Part shown: positions 26,023 to 34,547 of the stretch, one piece after another
Layout of the letters: each line of letters begins with the position of its first letter
How positions within the stretch are numbered: the first letter of the stretch is position 1
Virus record (IMG/VR): IMGVR_UViG_3300037479_000484
Span: 1-37,313 of that record
Direction: 5' to 3' (one strand)
DNA from: a virus
Taxonomy: Duplodnaviria; Caudoviricetes
Length of the DNA stretch: 37,313 nucleotides
Program-made: the position numbers and the translations under genes
The notes under the pieces: model-generated
Seen by the model: only the letters and a program-made list of their open reading frames with translations
Told to the model about the DNA's origin: nothing
The model's database searches: none

Positions 26023-26491
26023 TGTCATCAGTGTCATCATTGATTTTATTTAATGGTGACAGTTGTCATCATTGATATATAAGGGTTTCAGCTAACTGTC
26101 ATCATTGTCATCATTTTTGAGGAGGTTTTTGTGAAAGCCAGATTAGAGGTGAATCTACAAGATATCTGGATCGGGTTGCGCTGGCAGCGAAAGCGATGTT
26201 ATGCCGCTCAATGTTGGGCATGTTGGGAGTACCACGTTTATCTTTCTCTACTGCCGTGTTTCCCAGTACATATTTGGTGGCGGATTTATCAAAGAAGGGA
26301 CTTTGACTTGTAGTATGTAATACAACATAAATTGTATTAACTACAAAGCTCAAAACGCGCTTAGAGCATTCATTGTGAGATCTGAAAAATACAAAGAAAA
26401 AAGATGACAGTGATGACAAACGCTCAAACTCTTGTGTATCAATGATGACAGCGATGACAGCATCTGATGACAGTTGATGACGATGATGACA
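26023..26491. repeat. Two oppositely oriented clusters of TGTCATCA iterons (origin-like)
   Basis: Five TGTCATCA at 26023, 26032, 26064, 26097 and 26106; seven (T)GATGAC(A) between 26403 and 26491; 26064-26112 and 26403-26450 form an imperfect inverted repeat of about 48 bp. Confidence 0.85.
26131..26313 (+). CDS. Small Trp/Cys-rich hypothetical phage protein
   Basis: 60 aa, GTG start after GAGGAGG; QDIWIG...YLSLLPCFP. Confidence 0.55.
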   Translation: MKARLEVNLQDIWIGLRWQRKRCYAAQCWACWEYHVYLSLLPCFPVHIWWRIYQRRDFDL

Positions 26492-26511
26492 GAGATTTAA
26501 CTTTGAACTCT

Positions 26512-27234
26512 TTAAGGAGCTAGCTTGTTTTTCCCCAACCGTGTTTTTTCGTAGTGTTCTGCTACAGCGGGCATCCATTTTTTAAAATGCTGCCAAAATT
26601 GCTCTGCTAGCCATCGGGTTTCTAGCTGGGCATCGGCAGGCATTCTCAAGTCAAGGAAATGCAGCAGCGATCGCGCGTTGAAGCTAACGACAAAATTCTG
26701 TCGAATATTCTGTGGCAGTAGCCCCCTGGCGTGTTCGGGAGCATGTCCTAAATCGAGATTCTTTTTATACCACTGCACCAATTTAGAACACTCGAAAATA
26801 TCCCACTCCCGCATCGATTCAGTATATTCGTACTTATTTCCTTCGCGATCGCAGTAGTCGCCGGGGGCGCGAAAGTAAAAGACTGATTCGATATGTCTTT
26901 TCCCGATTGCTACATCGATAACTCTTTGAGAGGTATACCTTTGAGACTGAACATCAAAACTGACTCCTACTCTGTGAGTCCTTGCTTGTCCCATAACCTC
27001 GTGAGGAAAGCCACCAACGGCAAAAGTAATCGATGGATGCTCCAATATTCCCCAGTGTCCAAACTTGAGGCAGTTTTCGACTATTTTTCTGCCCGCTCCT
27101 TCTTCAGACAAATTTATCCAATATGATTCGTCGCAGACAAACTCCTCACTATAATCGTTATGCATGGCTAATGCACACAGCCATTGAGGGCGAGAAGATT
27201 GAGAGAGAGTTTGAGTCTGAAAATACTTATCCAT
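26512..27234 (-). CDS. thyX: Flavin-dependent thymidylate synthase
   Basis: GHWGILEH, RTHRVGVSFDVQSQRY (ThyX motif), EHARGLLPQ, HFLDLR...AQLE; likely start is ATG 27234. Confidence 0.95.
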   Translation of the reverse strand: MDKYFQTQTLSQSSRPQWLCALAMHNDYSEEFVCDESYWINLSEEGAGRKIVENCLKFGHWGILEHPSITFAVGGFPHEVMGQARTHRVGVSFDVQSQRYTSQRVIDVAIGKRHIESVFYFRAPGDYCDREGNKYEYTESMREWDIFECSKLVQWYKKNLDLGHAPEHARGLLPQNIRQNFVVSFNARSLLHFLDLRMPADAQLETRWLAEQFWQHFKKWMPAVAEHYEKTRLGKNKLAP

Positions 27235-27415
27235 AGTCCTCAATGGAGGCATTTAAAATCGTCTCAAACTTTTTGTCAGGCGGGTCATCTTCCCAATCGG
27301 CGATCGCATTTTCTATATCTTGTTTAGTCGTTACAGTCAAAGCGATTAACTGACCGATAGATGGCAATTGTTCTGGCTCTGGCTGGAATTTGTTGTTTGT
27401 CGCCTCTCCAGTCAT
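27227..27415 (-). CDS. Small acidic hypothetical protein
   Basis: 62 aa; overlaps the thyX start. Confidence 0.55.
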   Translation of the reverse strand: MTGEATNNKFQPEPEQLPSIGQLIALTVTTKQDIENAIADWEDDPPDKKFETILNASIEDYG

Positions 27416-27448
27416 ATACGTATTTTGACCTTTGCATGTTTGCCCGTT

Positions 27449-27568
27449 TCAACTTTTAAATGCAGCGGATAAAAATTCCAGTCGGCTGATATCCGTCTTC
27501 GCGATCGCCAGCAATTTTTGATAATTTGCTTTGTTTCTGTATCTATTTCGCCGTTTTGCTCGTTTCAT
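27449..27568 (-). CDS. Possible 39-aa basic peptide
   Basis: MKRAKRRNRYRNK...AAFKS*; its ATG overlaps the portal stop (TGATG); not in the ORF track. Confidence 0.3.
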   Translation of the reverse strand: MKRAKRRNRYRNKANYQKLLAIAKTDISRLEFLSAAFKS

Positions 27569-28803
27569 CAATCCAAATCCTCAATCCCTTCCGTATCACT
27601 CTCATCATCTTCTGATTCCATCCCGGTGCTACCTACCGTCCATTTTGCCCAAATAATACGATACCGACCGTTTTCAATAAACCAATCCCATCCTTTTTTT
27701 AAAACAATTTCTGTATCGATCGCTTGTTTGATTCCTTTAGTCAATAAAGCGCACCAACTATTACGCATTCTCGAATATCTTTTAGCTGGTTCGGCGCTAA
27801 TTTCTCTCGCCCCTGTTGTCACCAATCCGGGGAAGAAATAGACCGGAAATCCAGGTGGAATAATCCGGTATCGCCATTCGAGTAGATTATCGATCAAAGG
27901 TTGCAGATTGGGATTGACCCCGCTTAATTTTTTAATCTCTTGTTCGCTATATAAATAGAAATCGGTAATCGTTCCCTGTAACTTTAATTGTTCGTGTTTT
28001 TGACGATATTCTTCTTTGCTGGCTGCCGTCGCCCCAGGCGGCATGACATGCAAGTTAGGATTAATCCCGACATCGCGAGCGGCATTTGCCAAATTCTCGG
28101 TTGCTTCTTTTAACTTTTCCCAAGACTCTCTAGACTGGTCAAAAATAGAAGTCCCGTAAAGAAAACTTTCCTCGTAACGAAAATGGCAAATCTGCGGCGG
28201 GTAGAAAAAATATTCTGGATCTTTTGAAGACAAATGTCGTCGCTGTTCAAATCCTTCTAGATAACCTTGGTCATTTTCTTTTCTAAATAACTCCCAAGTT
28301 GGCAAATATAACGTTTTGCTAATCCCGTAATCGTTGCGTCCGACCCCTTCTTTTTCTATTCCCAATTCCAGAAAACAATCGCCATAACCTAACGCCCAAC
28401 GGAGTGCTTTCTGTAACTTGTCGCCGCCAATAACCGAATCTTCATGCGATTCTCTGCGATTGATTAAATCAATTGCGATCGCATAGGTATCGGGATGAAT
28501 TTTCGTCTCGTTATCGTCTAAAGTATCGGCAACCGTCCAACCTTGGTCGTCGCCATCAGAACTAGCAAAAGCATCGCCACAGGCGATAGAAAGGCAATGA
28601 CGAGCTTCGTAACACCATTGCATCATTTCGATTAAATCCCTCGCCTTAGCAGGCTCTCTAATGGGATTTTCTAATATTTCTAAATCGTATCTGCGACGAA
28701 TCGAACCATCTAAGCCAAGAGATAGCGATCGCTGACTGCCTTGTGTAGAAGGTTGAGAGTTAGGGAATAATCTTTTAAATACGTTTTGGAGTTGTTTTAA
28801 CAC
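27568..28803 (-). CDS. Portal protein
   Basis: 411 aa; LGYGDCFLE, QICHFR...LYGTSIF, acidic tail; downstream of the terminase. Confidence 0.85.
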   Translation of the reverse strand: MLKQLQNVFKRLFPNSQPSTQGSQRSLSLGLDGSIRRRYDLEILENPIREPAKARDLIEMMQWCYEARHCLSIACGDAFASSDGDDQGWTVADTLDDNETKIHPDTYAIAIDLINRRESHEDSVIGGDKLQKALRWALGYGDCFLELGIEKEGVGRNDYGISKTLYLPTWELFRKENDQGYLEGFEQRRHLSSKDPEYFFYPPQICHFRYEESFLYGTSIFDQSRESWEKLKEATENLANAARDVGINPNLHVMPPGATAASKEEYRQKHEQLKLQGTITDFYLYSEQEIKKLSGVNPNLQPLIDNLLEWRYRIIPPGFPVYFFPGLVTTGAREISAEPAKRYSRMRNSWCALLTKGIKQAIDTEIVLKKGWDWFIENGRYRIIWAKWTVGSTGMESEDDESDTEGIEDLD

Positions 28804-29095
28804 AATTTATCTAGCCTGATTTCTCCTATGCTTCTCAATTTAAAAGTATATTTAATATTTTTTATTTCCACAGAATAAGCCCCTGAATTTATTATCTCCT
28901 TGGCTTTGCGGTATTCTCCCCAACGAGTTCCGCCAGTACCGTGCGGCAACAAAAACAAACGCTGATTTTCAGCAAGAAGAAAACAAACATACTCCTTGTG
29001 AATCGTGCCAGATAAAAGATAAAGTTGCTCGCCATTGTAAGCATGACGTTGAACGGCGATTCTTGTATAAGAATCAAACAAATTTTCGTTTATTG

Positions 29096-29434
29096 ATGGC
29101 AACCCAACAGGACTATTACGGCAACCCATTTTTAATCTATTTTAAAGAAGCGGTAGAATTTAAAGCTAAGTACGCGATCGCGAATAGCAGCCAAGTGAGC
29201 GAGTTATTTGAGAAATTACGCACGGGACATTATTCCCAAGTATTAGAAGATCCAGAACTTGAAGCATTTTTATACCCGACAGAAAAGACATTTAAAAAAG
29301 CCGAGGAAATTTTTCAGGTGCTAACAGAAATTGTTACTATTTTAGCTTTCCACAGGGGCGGAATTACAATGTTCGGGCATCATTATGAGTATAAAAATAA
29401 TGAATTCAATGTTGCCAAAGTTTCGATATGGTAA
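29096..29434 (+). CDS. Hypothetical protein
   Basis: Likely start is ATG 29096 (MATQQDYY); GGITMFGHHY near the C-terminus; overlaps the next gene. Confidence 0.6.
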   Translation: MATQQDYYGNPFLIYFKEAVEFKAKYAIANSSQVSELFEKLRTGHYSQVLEDPELEAFLYPTEKTFKKAEEIFQVLTEIVTILAFHRGGITMFGHHYEYKNNEFNVAKVSIW

Positions 29435-30141
29435 GACCAAAACCAGATTGCATCGGTCAAACTTTTGGGTTTTTAACCGTTATTGATAAAGAAACTCCTT
29501 TAAAAGGAGAGACCTTATGGATTTTGCAGTGTAAATGTGGCAAGCAAATCAAAAAAAGGCGCGGAGACTTTGATTCAAATCCCCCAAGGCAAAAATCCTG
29601 CGGATGCTTGCGAAAATCGCCGGACGGATGGAAACGCAAACCACGCGATATAACTGGACAAAGATTTGGCTCTTTGACAATAGTAAAACTTTCAAATAAG
29701 AGAATATATAATAGACCTGCTTGGCTAGCAAAATGCGATTGCGGGAATTATCGCGAAATTGGATCTAGACAACTAAGCGCGGGATGGAAATTGAATTGTG
29801 GGGCAAAAATTCATTCGCCCGGATCTTGGTATCCGCCAACGCCATCGCCACTTCCACAGTTAGTCTGGGAAACTGTTATTAAATATTTGCCACTAACAGA
29901 GCATAAAGGAAAATTTAATAATTTAGCCGTTCGAGATTATAAAATAGAGCGTTTGATTCGTCATTGCTGGATTCTCCATTACAGAGAAATTCAAAGGGAA
30001 AACATGACTCAACAATACAAAGATAATTATATTAAACGCTGTTTATCTTTTGCATCAATCGATGTTTTTTGGCAGCAAAAACTAGAGCAACATGGCGGTT
30101 TATTGTATACTGTTGATGGAATCAAAAAACAAATTAAATAG
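29428..30141 (+). CDS. Protein with two homing-endonuclease-associated Cys repeats
   Basis: Two copies of D(C/I)xGQxFGxLT...W..xCxCG...(S/N)CG; no recognizable HNH or AP2 domain follows. Confidence 0.7.
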   Translation: MVRPKPDCIGQTFGFLTVIDKETPLKGETLWILQCKCGKQIKKRRGDFDSNPPRQKSCGCLRKSPDGWKRKPRDITGQRFGSLTIVKLSNKRIYNRPAWLAKCDCGNYREIGSRQLSAGWKLNCGAKIHSPGSWYPPTPSPLPQLVWETVIKYLPLTEHKGKFNNLAVRDYKIERLIRHCWILHYREIQRENMTQQYKDNYIKRCLSFASIDVFWQQKLEQHGGLLYTVDGIKKQIK

Positions 30142-30221
30142 GTGGGGCAAATGACCGAATTAACATTTCCAACTTACCCAATAAAAGAGACATTGGGGAA
30201 TAATATGTTGTCGGTAAATAG

Positions 30222-31718
30222 TTAATGTCGCGATCGCATCTTTTTAACACTTCCTACAGGATCGCTAAAAACGATTTCGACCTCAATCGTTAATAAGTTA
30301 TAAGCGCCTGATAGAGAATCAACGATATCGTTAATAGGCGGTTCTGTCTTGCTGCTCCCATCAAAGGATTCTACTGCATTGAGAAAGCGATTGTTCCAAC
30401 TGCCTCTGACGAGATACACCCTGCCTGCCGCTGCCGCTTGGGCGACGGGCAAAGCACGAGTTAATTTGTCCCCTTGAGGGGAAACGGCTGCTAAATCGAA
30501 GCTAGGGTGGTCGGCGTGAATTAAACTTTTCAGACTATTTTCAACCATTACGCCGGACGAACCGCCTTCTTTTTCCCACCTTACTTTAACTCGTTGTCCG
30601 TCCATATTGGCAACGCTTTTAACGAGAATTTCCACGTCCCCCGCCTTACGTTGGTCTACGATATTGTCAAAGACATAATAATCTTCGCCGATTTCTGCCA
30701 TTCCTAGACCAGAAGTGTAGCAGCTAGTATTGGTAGCAACTTCTTTAGCAGTAGCGGCAAAATCCCAAAATCTGACCTTGCGAGCGGGTTTATCGGGCAG
30801 AGTATCGACAATTTTGAACCAGGTGCGATCGAATACCGTTCCGCGTTCGTATTTAATCTTCCAGTTCCCTTTGAGTAACCTTTCTTGTTCTACAGGATGT
30901 AATGCTTTTAAATTGGCAATATACTGAGGATTTATACTTAATAACGCTTGATTTTCTTGAATATTGCCAGGGATAAAGGTAACGCTTAACGGCTCGGTTT
31001 CAGAGCCAAATTGCTCTATAAGCGCATCCGGGGTATCTGCCCAGGCGATCGCGTCATTGATATTGACGAACCATCTAATCGCCCCAGAACGTTCTTTAAT
31101 TGCGTATCCCGTTTCGGGATCGATCCACCAGGATATAAAATCAGCTAACCACGATTCGGCTTCTGGGTTGCAAGTCAGTTTGACTTTGGGAACGATCCCA
31201 GAAGTCGATCGCAAACGAGACAGTAAATATAAAAATTGCTCTCTTGAGAACTGCGTCCCTTCTTCAAATAATATCCTCGCGTATTCAGCTCCCTGATGGT
31301 CGTAAACCGTATCCTCGTACTGTAGATGGCGCAATCCTATCTTTGCCCCCGATGGGAATGTCCAATCGAGCGGATTCTTGGTAAGCTTGCCGCCGATATT
31401 GTAATAAAGGCGTTTTGACGCATCGAGCAAGCCGCCAGGATTAGAAATTTGTGGGAACGACCGTCTTAGTACAATTGCTCTATAGTGAGGATTTTTGAGC
31501 AATTCCGGTTTAGCCAAGTCGAGCAAAGCAGCTAGCGTTTTTCCGCTACCTGCCGCGCCGCCACCGATGGTAATTGTCGCCTCACTTTCTAGAAACTGTT
31601 CTTGAAAACCAATTTGAGGCGCTGGTAAGGACGCGATCGCAGTATCGTTAAACGGTTGATTGTACCGATAGCTCTTTGCTGCTTTTCTATAACCAATTTG
31701 AGCTAAATTAAGGGACAT
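30222..31718 (-). CDS. Terminase large subunit
   Basis: Walker A GGGAAGSGKT, Walker B ILFEE, coupling motif TCNP, nuclease motifs FWDFA and NDIVDSLSGA. Confidence 0.95.
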   Translation of the reverse strand: MSLNLAQIGYRKAAKSYRYNQPFNDTAIASLPAPQIGFQEQFLESEATITIGGGAAGSGKTLAALLDLAKPELLKNPHYRAIVLRRSFPQISNPGGLLDASKRLYYNIGGKLTKNPLDWTFPSGAKIGLRHLQYEDTVYDHQGAEYARILFEEGTQFSREQFLYLLSRLRSTSGIVPKVKLTCNPEAESWLADFISWWIDPETGYAIKERSGAIRWFVNINDAIAWADTPDALIEQFGSETEPLSVTFIPGNIQENQALLSINPQYIANLKALHPVEQERLLKGNWKIKYERGTVFDRTWFKIVDTLPDKPARKVRFWDFAATAKEVATNTSCYTSGLGMAEIGEDYYVFDNIVDQRKAGDVEILVKSVANMDGQRVKVRWEKEGGSSGVMVENSLKSLIHADHPSFDLAAVSPQGDKLTRALPVAQAAAAGRVYLVRGSWNNRFLNAVESFDGSSKTEPPINDIVDSLSGAYNLLTIEVEIVFSDPVGSVKKMRSRH

Positions 31719-31935
31719 TTATTTTAAAAATTGTTTCCCTTTTTTTATTTCTTAGTGCGAAACAACTTCGCCAAGTGCCTGTTTTGTGTCTTGCAAATCG
31801 CAATTGTAATCTTTCAGAATCTTTCCAATTCCAGTATTGCGTCAAAGTATTTTCCGATTTTTGATATCCATCGAGTCCCCATAATGGCAGACTAGAAACG
31901 CTAAAACTGCCGATTTGAAGAATAAAATAAGGCAT
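31708..31935 (-). CDS. Hypothetical protein
   Basis: 75 aa; TAATG-coupled to the upstream gene and overlapping the terL start. Confidence 0.45.
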   Translation of the reverse strand: MPYFILQIGSFSVSSLPLWGLDGYQKSENTLTQYWNWKDSERLQLRFARHKTGTWRSCFALRNKKRETIFKINVP

Positions 31936-32243
31936 TACTCAACATCAGGTAATTCTACTGTTTTCCCAGTTAGATTGTGAGTACAATCAGGCAAGTATTT
32001 AATCTCTCCATCGGTGACGAAACTGTGACAGATTTGAGTAGGACGATCGGTAAATTCAATCTTGCTTAAAATACTTGGGGAAAAGGTTGGCTTATCCTCC
32101 GAGCCATTAAACGTCCAGCTTGCACCTTTGCTGTTTTTATTCGGCGCGATCGCAACCTCATGATAATTCTTGCAGCCGGGGCAGTAAAAAACATAGCCAA
32201 TAATTTCGTTGTTTGAATTGCCAATTCGTTCTAGTTTAGGCAT
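31935..32243 (-). CDS. DUF6527-like Cys/His protein
   Basis: FYCPGC...WTFNG...PTFSPSI...CHSFVTDG...DCTH. Confidence 0.75.
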   Translation of the reverse strand: MPKLERIGNSNNEIIGYVFYCPGCKNYHEVAIAPNKNSKGASWTFNGSEDKPTFSPSILSKIEFTDRPTQICHSFVTDGEIKYLPDCTHNLTGKTVELPDVE

Positions 32244-32249
32244 TATTTC

Positions 32250-32824
32250 TCATTTCTCTTCTTGCTGAAACTGCGATTCAAATAATTCCTGAACGCCTAA
32301 TGCTTTTGCCCATAAAGTATGCGCTCTATCCATCGATTCTATGTTATTTTTTAGCGCGTTACTCAACCGATGATGGTCGCTAATTGAAATACGATTATCG
32401 CCTCTATTTTCTTCTAGATGGCGTTGCATTGTCGTCGCGAGCATTTGCTGTGCGGATTGAAAAGCTAAGATTGCACCTTGGATTCCCGAACTTTTAAATT
32501 GTTCTAAGCAATCAATTTCATTGTGCTTGATTAACTCCATTTTCCAACGGTCGTATGCATCCGCTCTTTTCGACCACTGGAATACTTTTGATGCCTGCTT
32601 CCAATAAATCGGCGCGTCCGTTGCTTTTTTAAACGAGGTTTGATTAATCCTGGATTTTTCCAGTAACTCTCCGTTATAAGCACCAAGAATGCTTCTAACA
32701 CCAACCTGACTGGTTAAATAGTAAAAAAAAACCGTCTATGCCACTCGCTCGGTTCGTCCGGCTGTTGCTCCCAGATTGGTTGATGCAATAATTTAATTAG
32801 TTCTTCTGGTAAATTAACCGCCAC
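32250..32824 (-). pseudogene. Probable terminase small subunit, frameshifted at a T9 run
   Basis: The frame from GTG 32824 (…IWEQQPDEPSEWHRRFFF) stops after T9 at 32723-32731; the -1 frame continues YYLTSQVGVRSILGAY…WSKRADAYD into the 96-aa ORF. Confidence 0.7.
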
Positions 32825-32911
32825 AAAATTAACGATATTTTGTCTATATTTTAATCATCTCGTCAAAGCGATCGCAACTATGATAATTCTAGGAGGGCTA
32901 CAATTAATCTC

Positions 32912-33526
32912 ATGGGATCTTTTCCGATTCAAGAAATATTCAATAGCGTACAAGGTGAAGGAGAGCAAGCGGGAAAGTGGAGCGGTTTTATTCGATTGTA
33001 CGGCTGTCCTCTTGCTTGTCCGTTTTGCGATACGGGATATGGAGACATTAAACCGAAAAACCCTCCTTCTTACAAACGATTAACATTTGCAGAAATTCTC
33101 GAACAATTGCAATCATCCCATGTAGTCATTACAGGAGGCGAGCCATTCATCCATCGCGATAAGTTGCAAGAATTAATCTCCGAATTGTACAAAAACAATA
33201 AACAAATACAGATAGAAACATCCGGCGCATTTTGGGTAGATTTACCCAACGATGTTTGGATAACGCTATCACCAAAAGAGCATTGCACCAAATATCCGGT
33301 TGTGTCACAAGTGTGGCAACGAGCGTCAGAAATTAAGTTAGTAATCTCAAGCGGACTAGAGTTAGATTTTTATCGAGGTCAATTAAAACAAGCCACCGTG
33401 CCAATCCATTTACAACCTGAATGGTATGGAATGCCAAAAACGTTAGAGATAACTTTAGACTGTCTCAAACAATTACCGACTGCTAAATTATCAATCCAAA
33501 TGCACAAATATTTAGAATTGCCTTAA
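32912..33526 (+). CDS. queE: 7-carboxy-7-deazaguanine synthase (radical SAM)
   Basis: EIFNSVQGEG, CPLACPFCDT, VVITGGEP, IET, TLSPK, QMHKY. Confidence 0.93.
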   Translation: MGSFPIQEIFNSVQGEGEQAGKWSGFIRLYGCPLACPFCDTGYGDIKPKNPPSYKRLTFAEILEQLQSSHVVITGGEPFIHRDKLQELISELYKNNKQIQIETSGAFWVDLPNDVWITLSPKEHCTKYPVVSQVWQRASEIKLVISSGLELDFYRGQLKQATVPIHLQPEWYGMPKTLEITLDCLKQLPTAKLSIQMHKYLELP

Positions 33527-33546
33527 CGAATTACGAATTACGAATT
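33526..33546. repeat. ACGAATT x3 heptamer repeat
   Basis: Three exact copies filling the queE-queD gap. Confidence 0.8.
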
Positions 33547-33550
33547 ATTA

Positions 33551-33979
33551 ATGTGGGTACTATCAAAAGAATTCACCTTTGAGGCATCGCATCAATTGCC
33601 CCATCACGACGGAAAATGCGCTCGATTACACGGTCATTCTTGGAAAGGCGTGGTTTATGTAGCGGGAGATAAATTGATTGAAAATGGCGTAAAACAGGGA
33701 ATGTTAATCGATTACGCTACTATCAAAGAATACCTCAATCCTTTGATAGAAAATTATTTAGATCATTGGCATTTAAATGACACAACCAGACTGGAGAACC
33801 CCACTAGCGAACGATTGGCAGCATGGATCTACTACGAACTACTTTCAGCCGGATTGCCAGGACTTATTGCCGTCGAAATCAAAGAAACCTGCACCTCTCG
33901 ATGTCTCTACTATCCAAGAAGCCACTCGACTGCTGAGGCAATCGATGTCGCTGATTTGGGGGGATTTATTCTTAAGTGA
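33551..33979 (+). CDS. queD: 6-carboxytetrahydropterin synthase
   Basis: FEASHQL, CARLHGHS, LDH, NPTSE, ET motifs. Confidence 0.95.
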   Translation: MWVLSKEFTFEASHQLPHHDGKCARLHGHSWKGVVYVAGDKLIENGVKQGMLIDYATIKEYLNPLIENYLDHWHLNDTTRLENPTSERLAAWIYYELLSAGLPGLIAVEIKETCTSRCLYYPRSHSTAEAIDVADLGGFILK

Positions 33980-34460
33980 GGGAATGCAAGAAACCCCGGA
34001 GCGAATTGTTAGATTCTGGCTAGAAGCGACAGAGGGATTAAACGACGATCCCAGTCTCCCTTTACAAAAGCAGTTTAGTTGTCCTCACGACGAAATTGTA
34101 TTAATTAAAGACATTTCTTTTCAAAGTTTGTGCGAACATCATTTCTTACCTTTTGTAGGGAAAGCACATATTGCTTATATCCCAAACGGTAAGGTAGTGG
34201 GACTGTCAAAAATGCCGAGATGTTTAGATATATTAGCCGCTCGTCCGCAGATACAAGAACGATTGACAGTTGAATTAGGGCAAATAATAGAGAGAGAATT
34301 ATCGCCTTTAGGGACGATGATTGTGTTAGAAGCCGAACATATTTGCATGAATTGCCGAGGGGTACTCAAACACGACTCGGTAACGAAAACGAGTTATATA
34401 TCGGGTTTATTTAAAGAGAACGCTAGTGCCAAGTTAGAAGTTTTGGAGATGTTGAGATAA
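33867..34460 (+). CDS. folE: GTP cyclohydrolase I
   Basis: ETPER, SLCEHHFLPF, VGLSK, QIQERLT, HICMNCRG; start uncertain (TTG 33867 after AGGA, or ATG 33777). Confidence 0.93.
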   Translation: MPSKSKKPAPLDVSTIQEATRLLRQSMSLIWGDLFLSEGMQETPERIVRFWLEATEGLNDDPSLPLQKQFSCPHDEIVLIKDISFQSLCEHHFLPFVGKAHIAYIPNGKVVGLSKMPRCLDILAARPQIQERLTVELGQIIERELSPLGTMIVLEAEHICMNCRGVLKHDSVTKTSYISGLFKENASAKLEVLEMLR

Positions 34461-34538
34461 TTCGTAATTCGTAATTCTAGGAGGGCGACTTTCCAGACGG
34501 AGGGAACCTCCGCCTGGATTCGCCCTCAATTCGTAATT
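34459..34538. repeat. AATTCGT repeats enclosing a long GC-rich hairpin
   Basis: Repeats at 34459-34477 and 34528-34538; stems GAGGGCGA/TCGCCCTC, TCCAG/CTGGA and CGGAGG/CCTCCG across 34481-34527. Confidence 0.8.
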
Positions 34539-34547
34539 GAGAAACAG

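Noticed and set aside
26111-26578. 155-aa minus-strand ORF
   Set aside because: It reads through the iteron clusters and overlaps thyX and the RBS-supported 60-aa gene; composition is not protein-like.
28797-29129. 110-aa minus-strand ORF upstream of the portal
   Set aside because: No recognizable motif or clear start, and it overlaps the divergent gene; it may be real but is not supportable.
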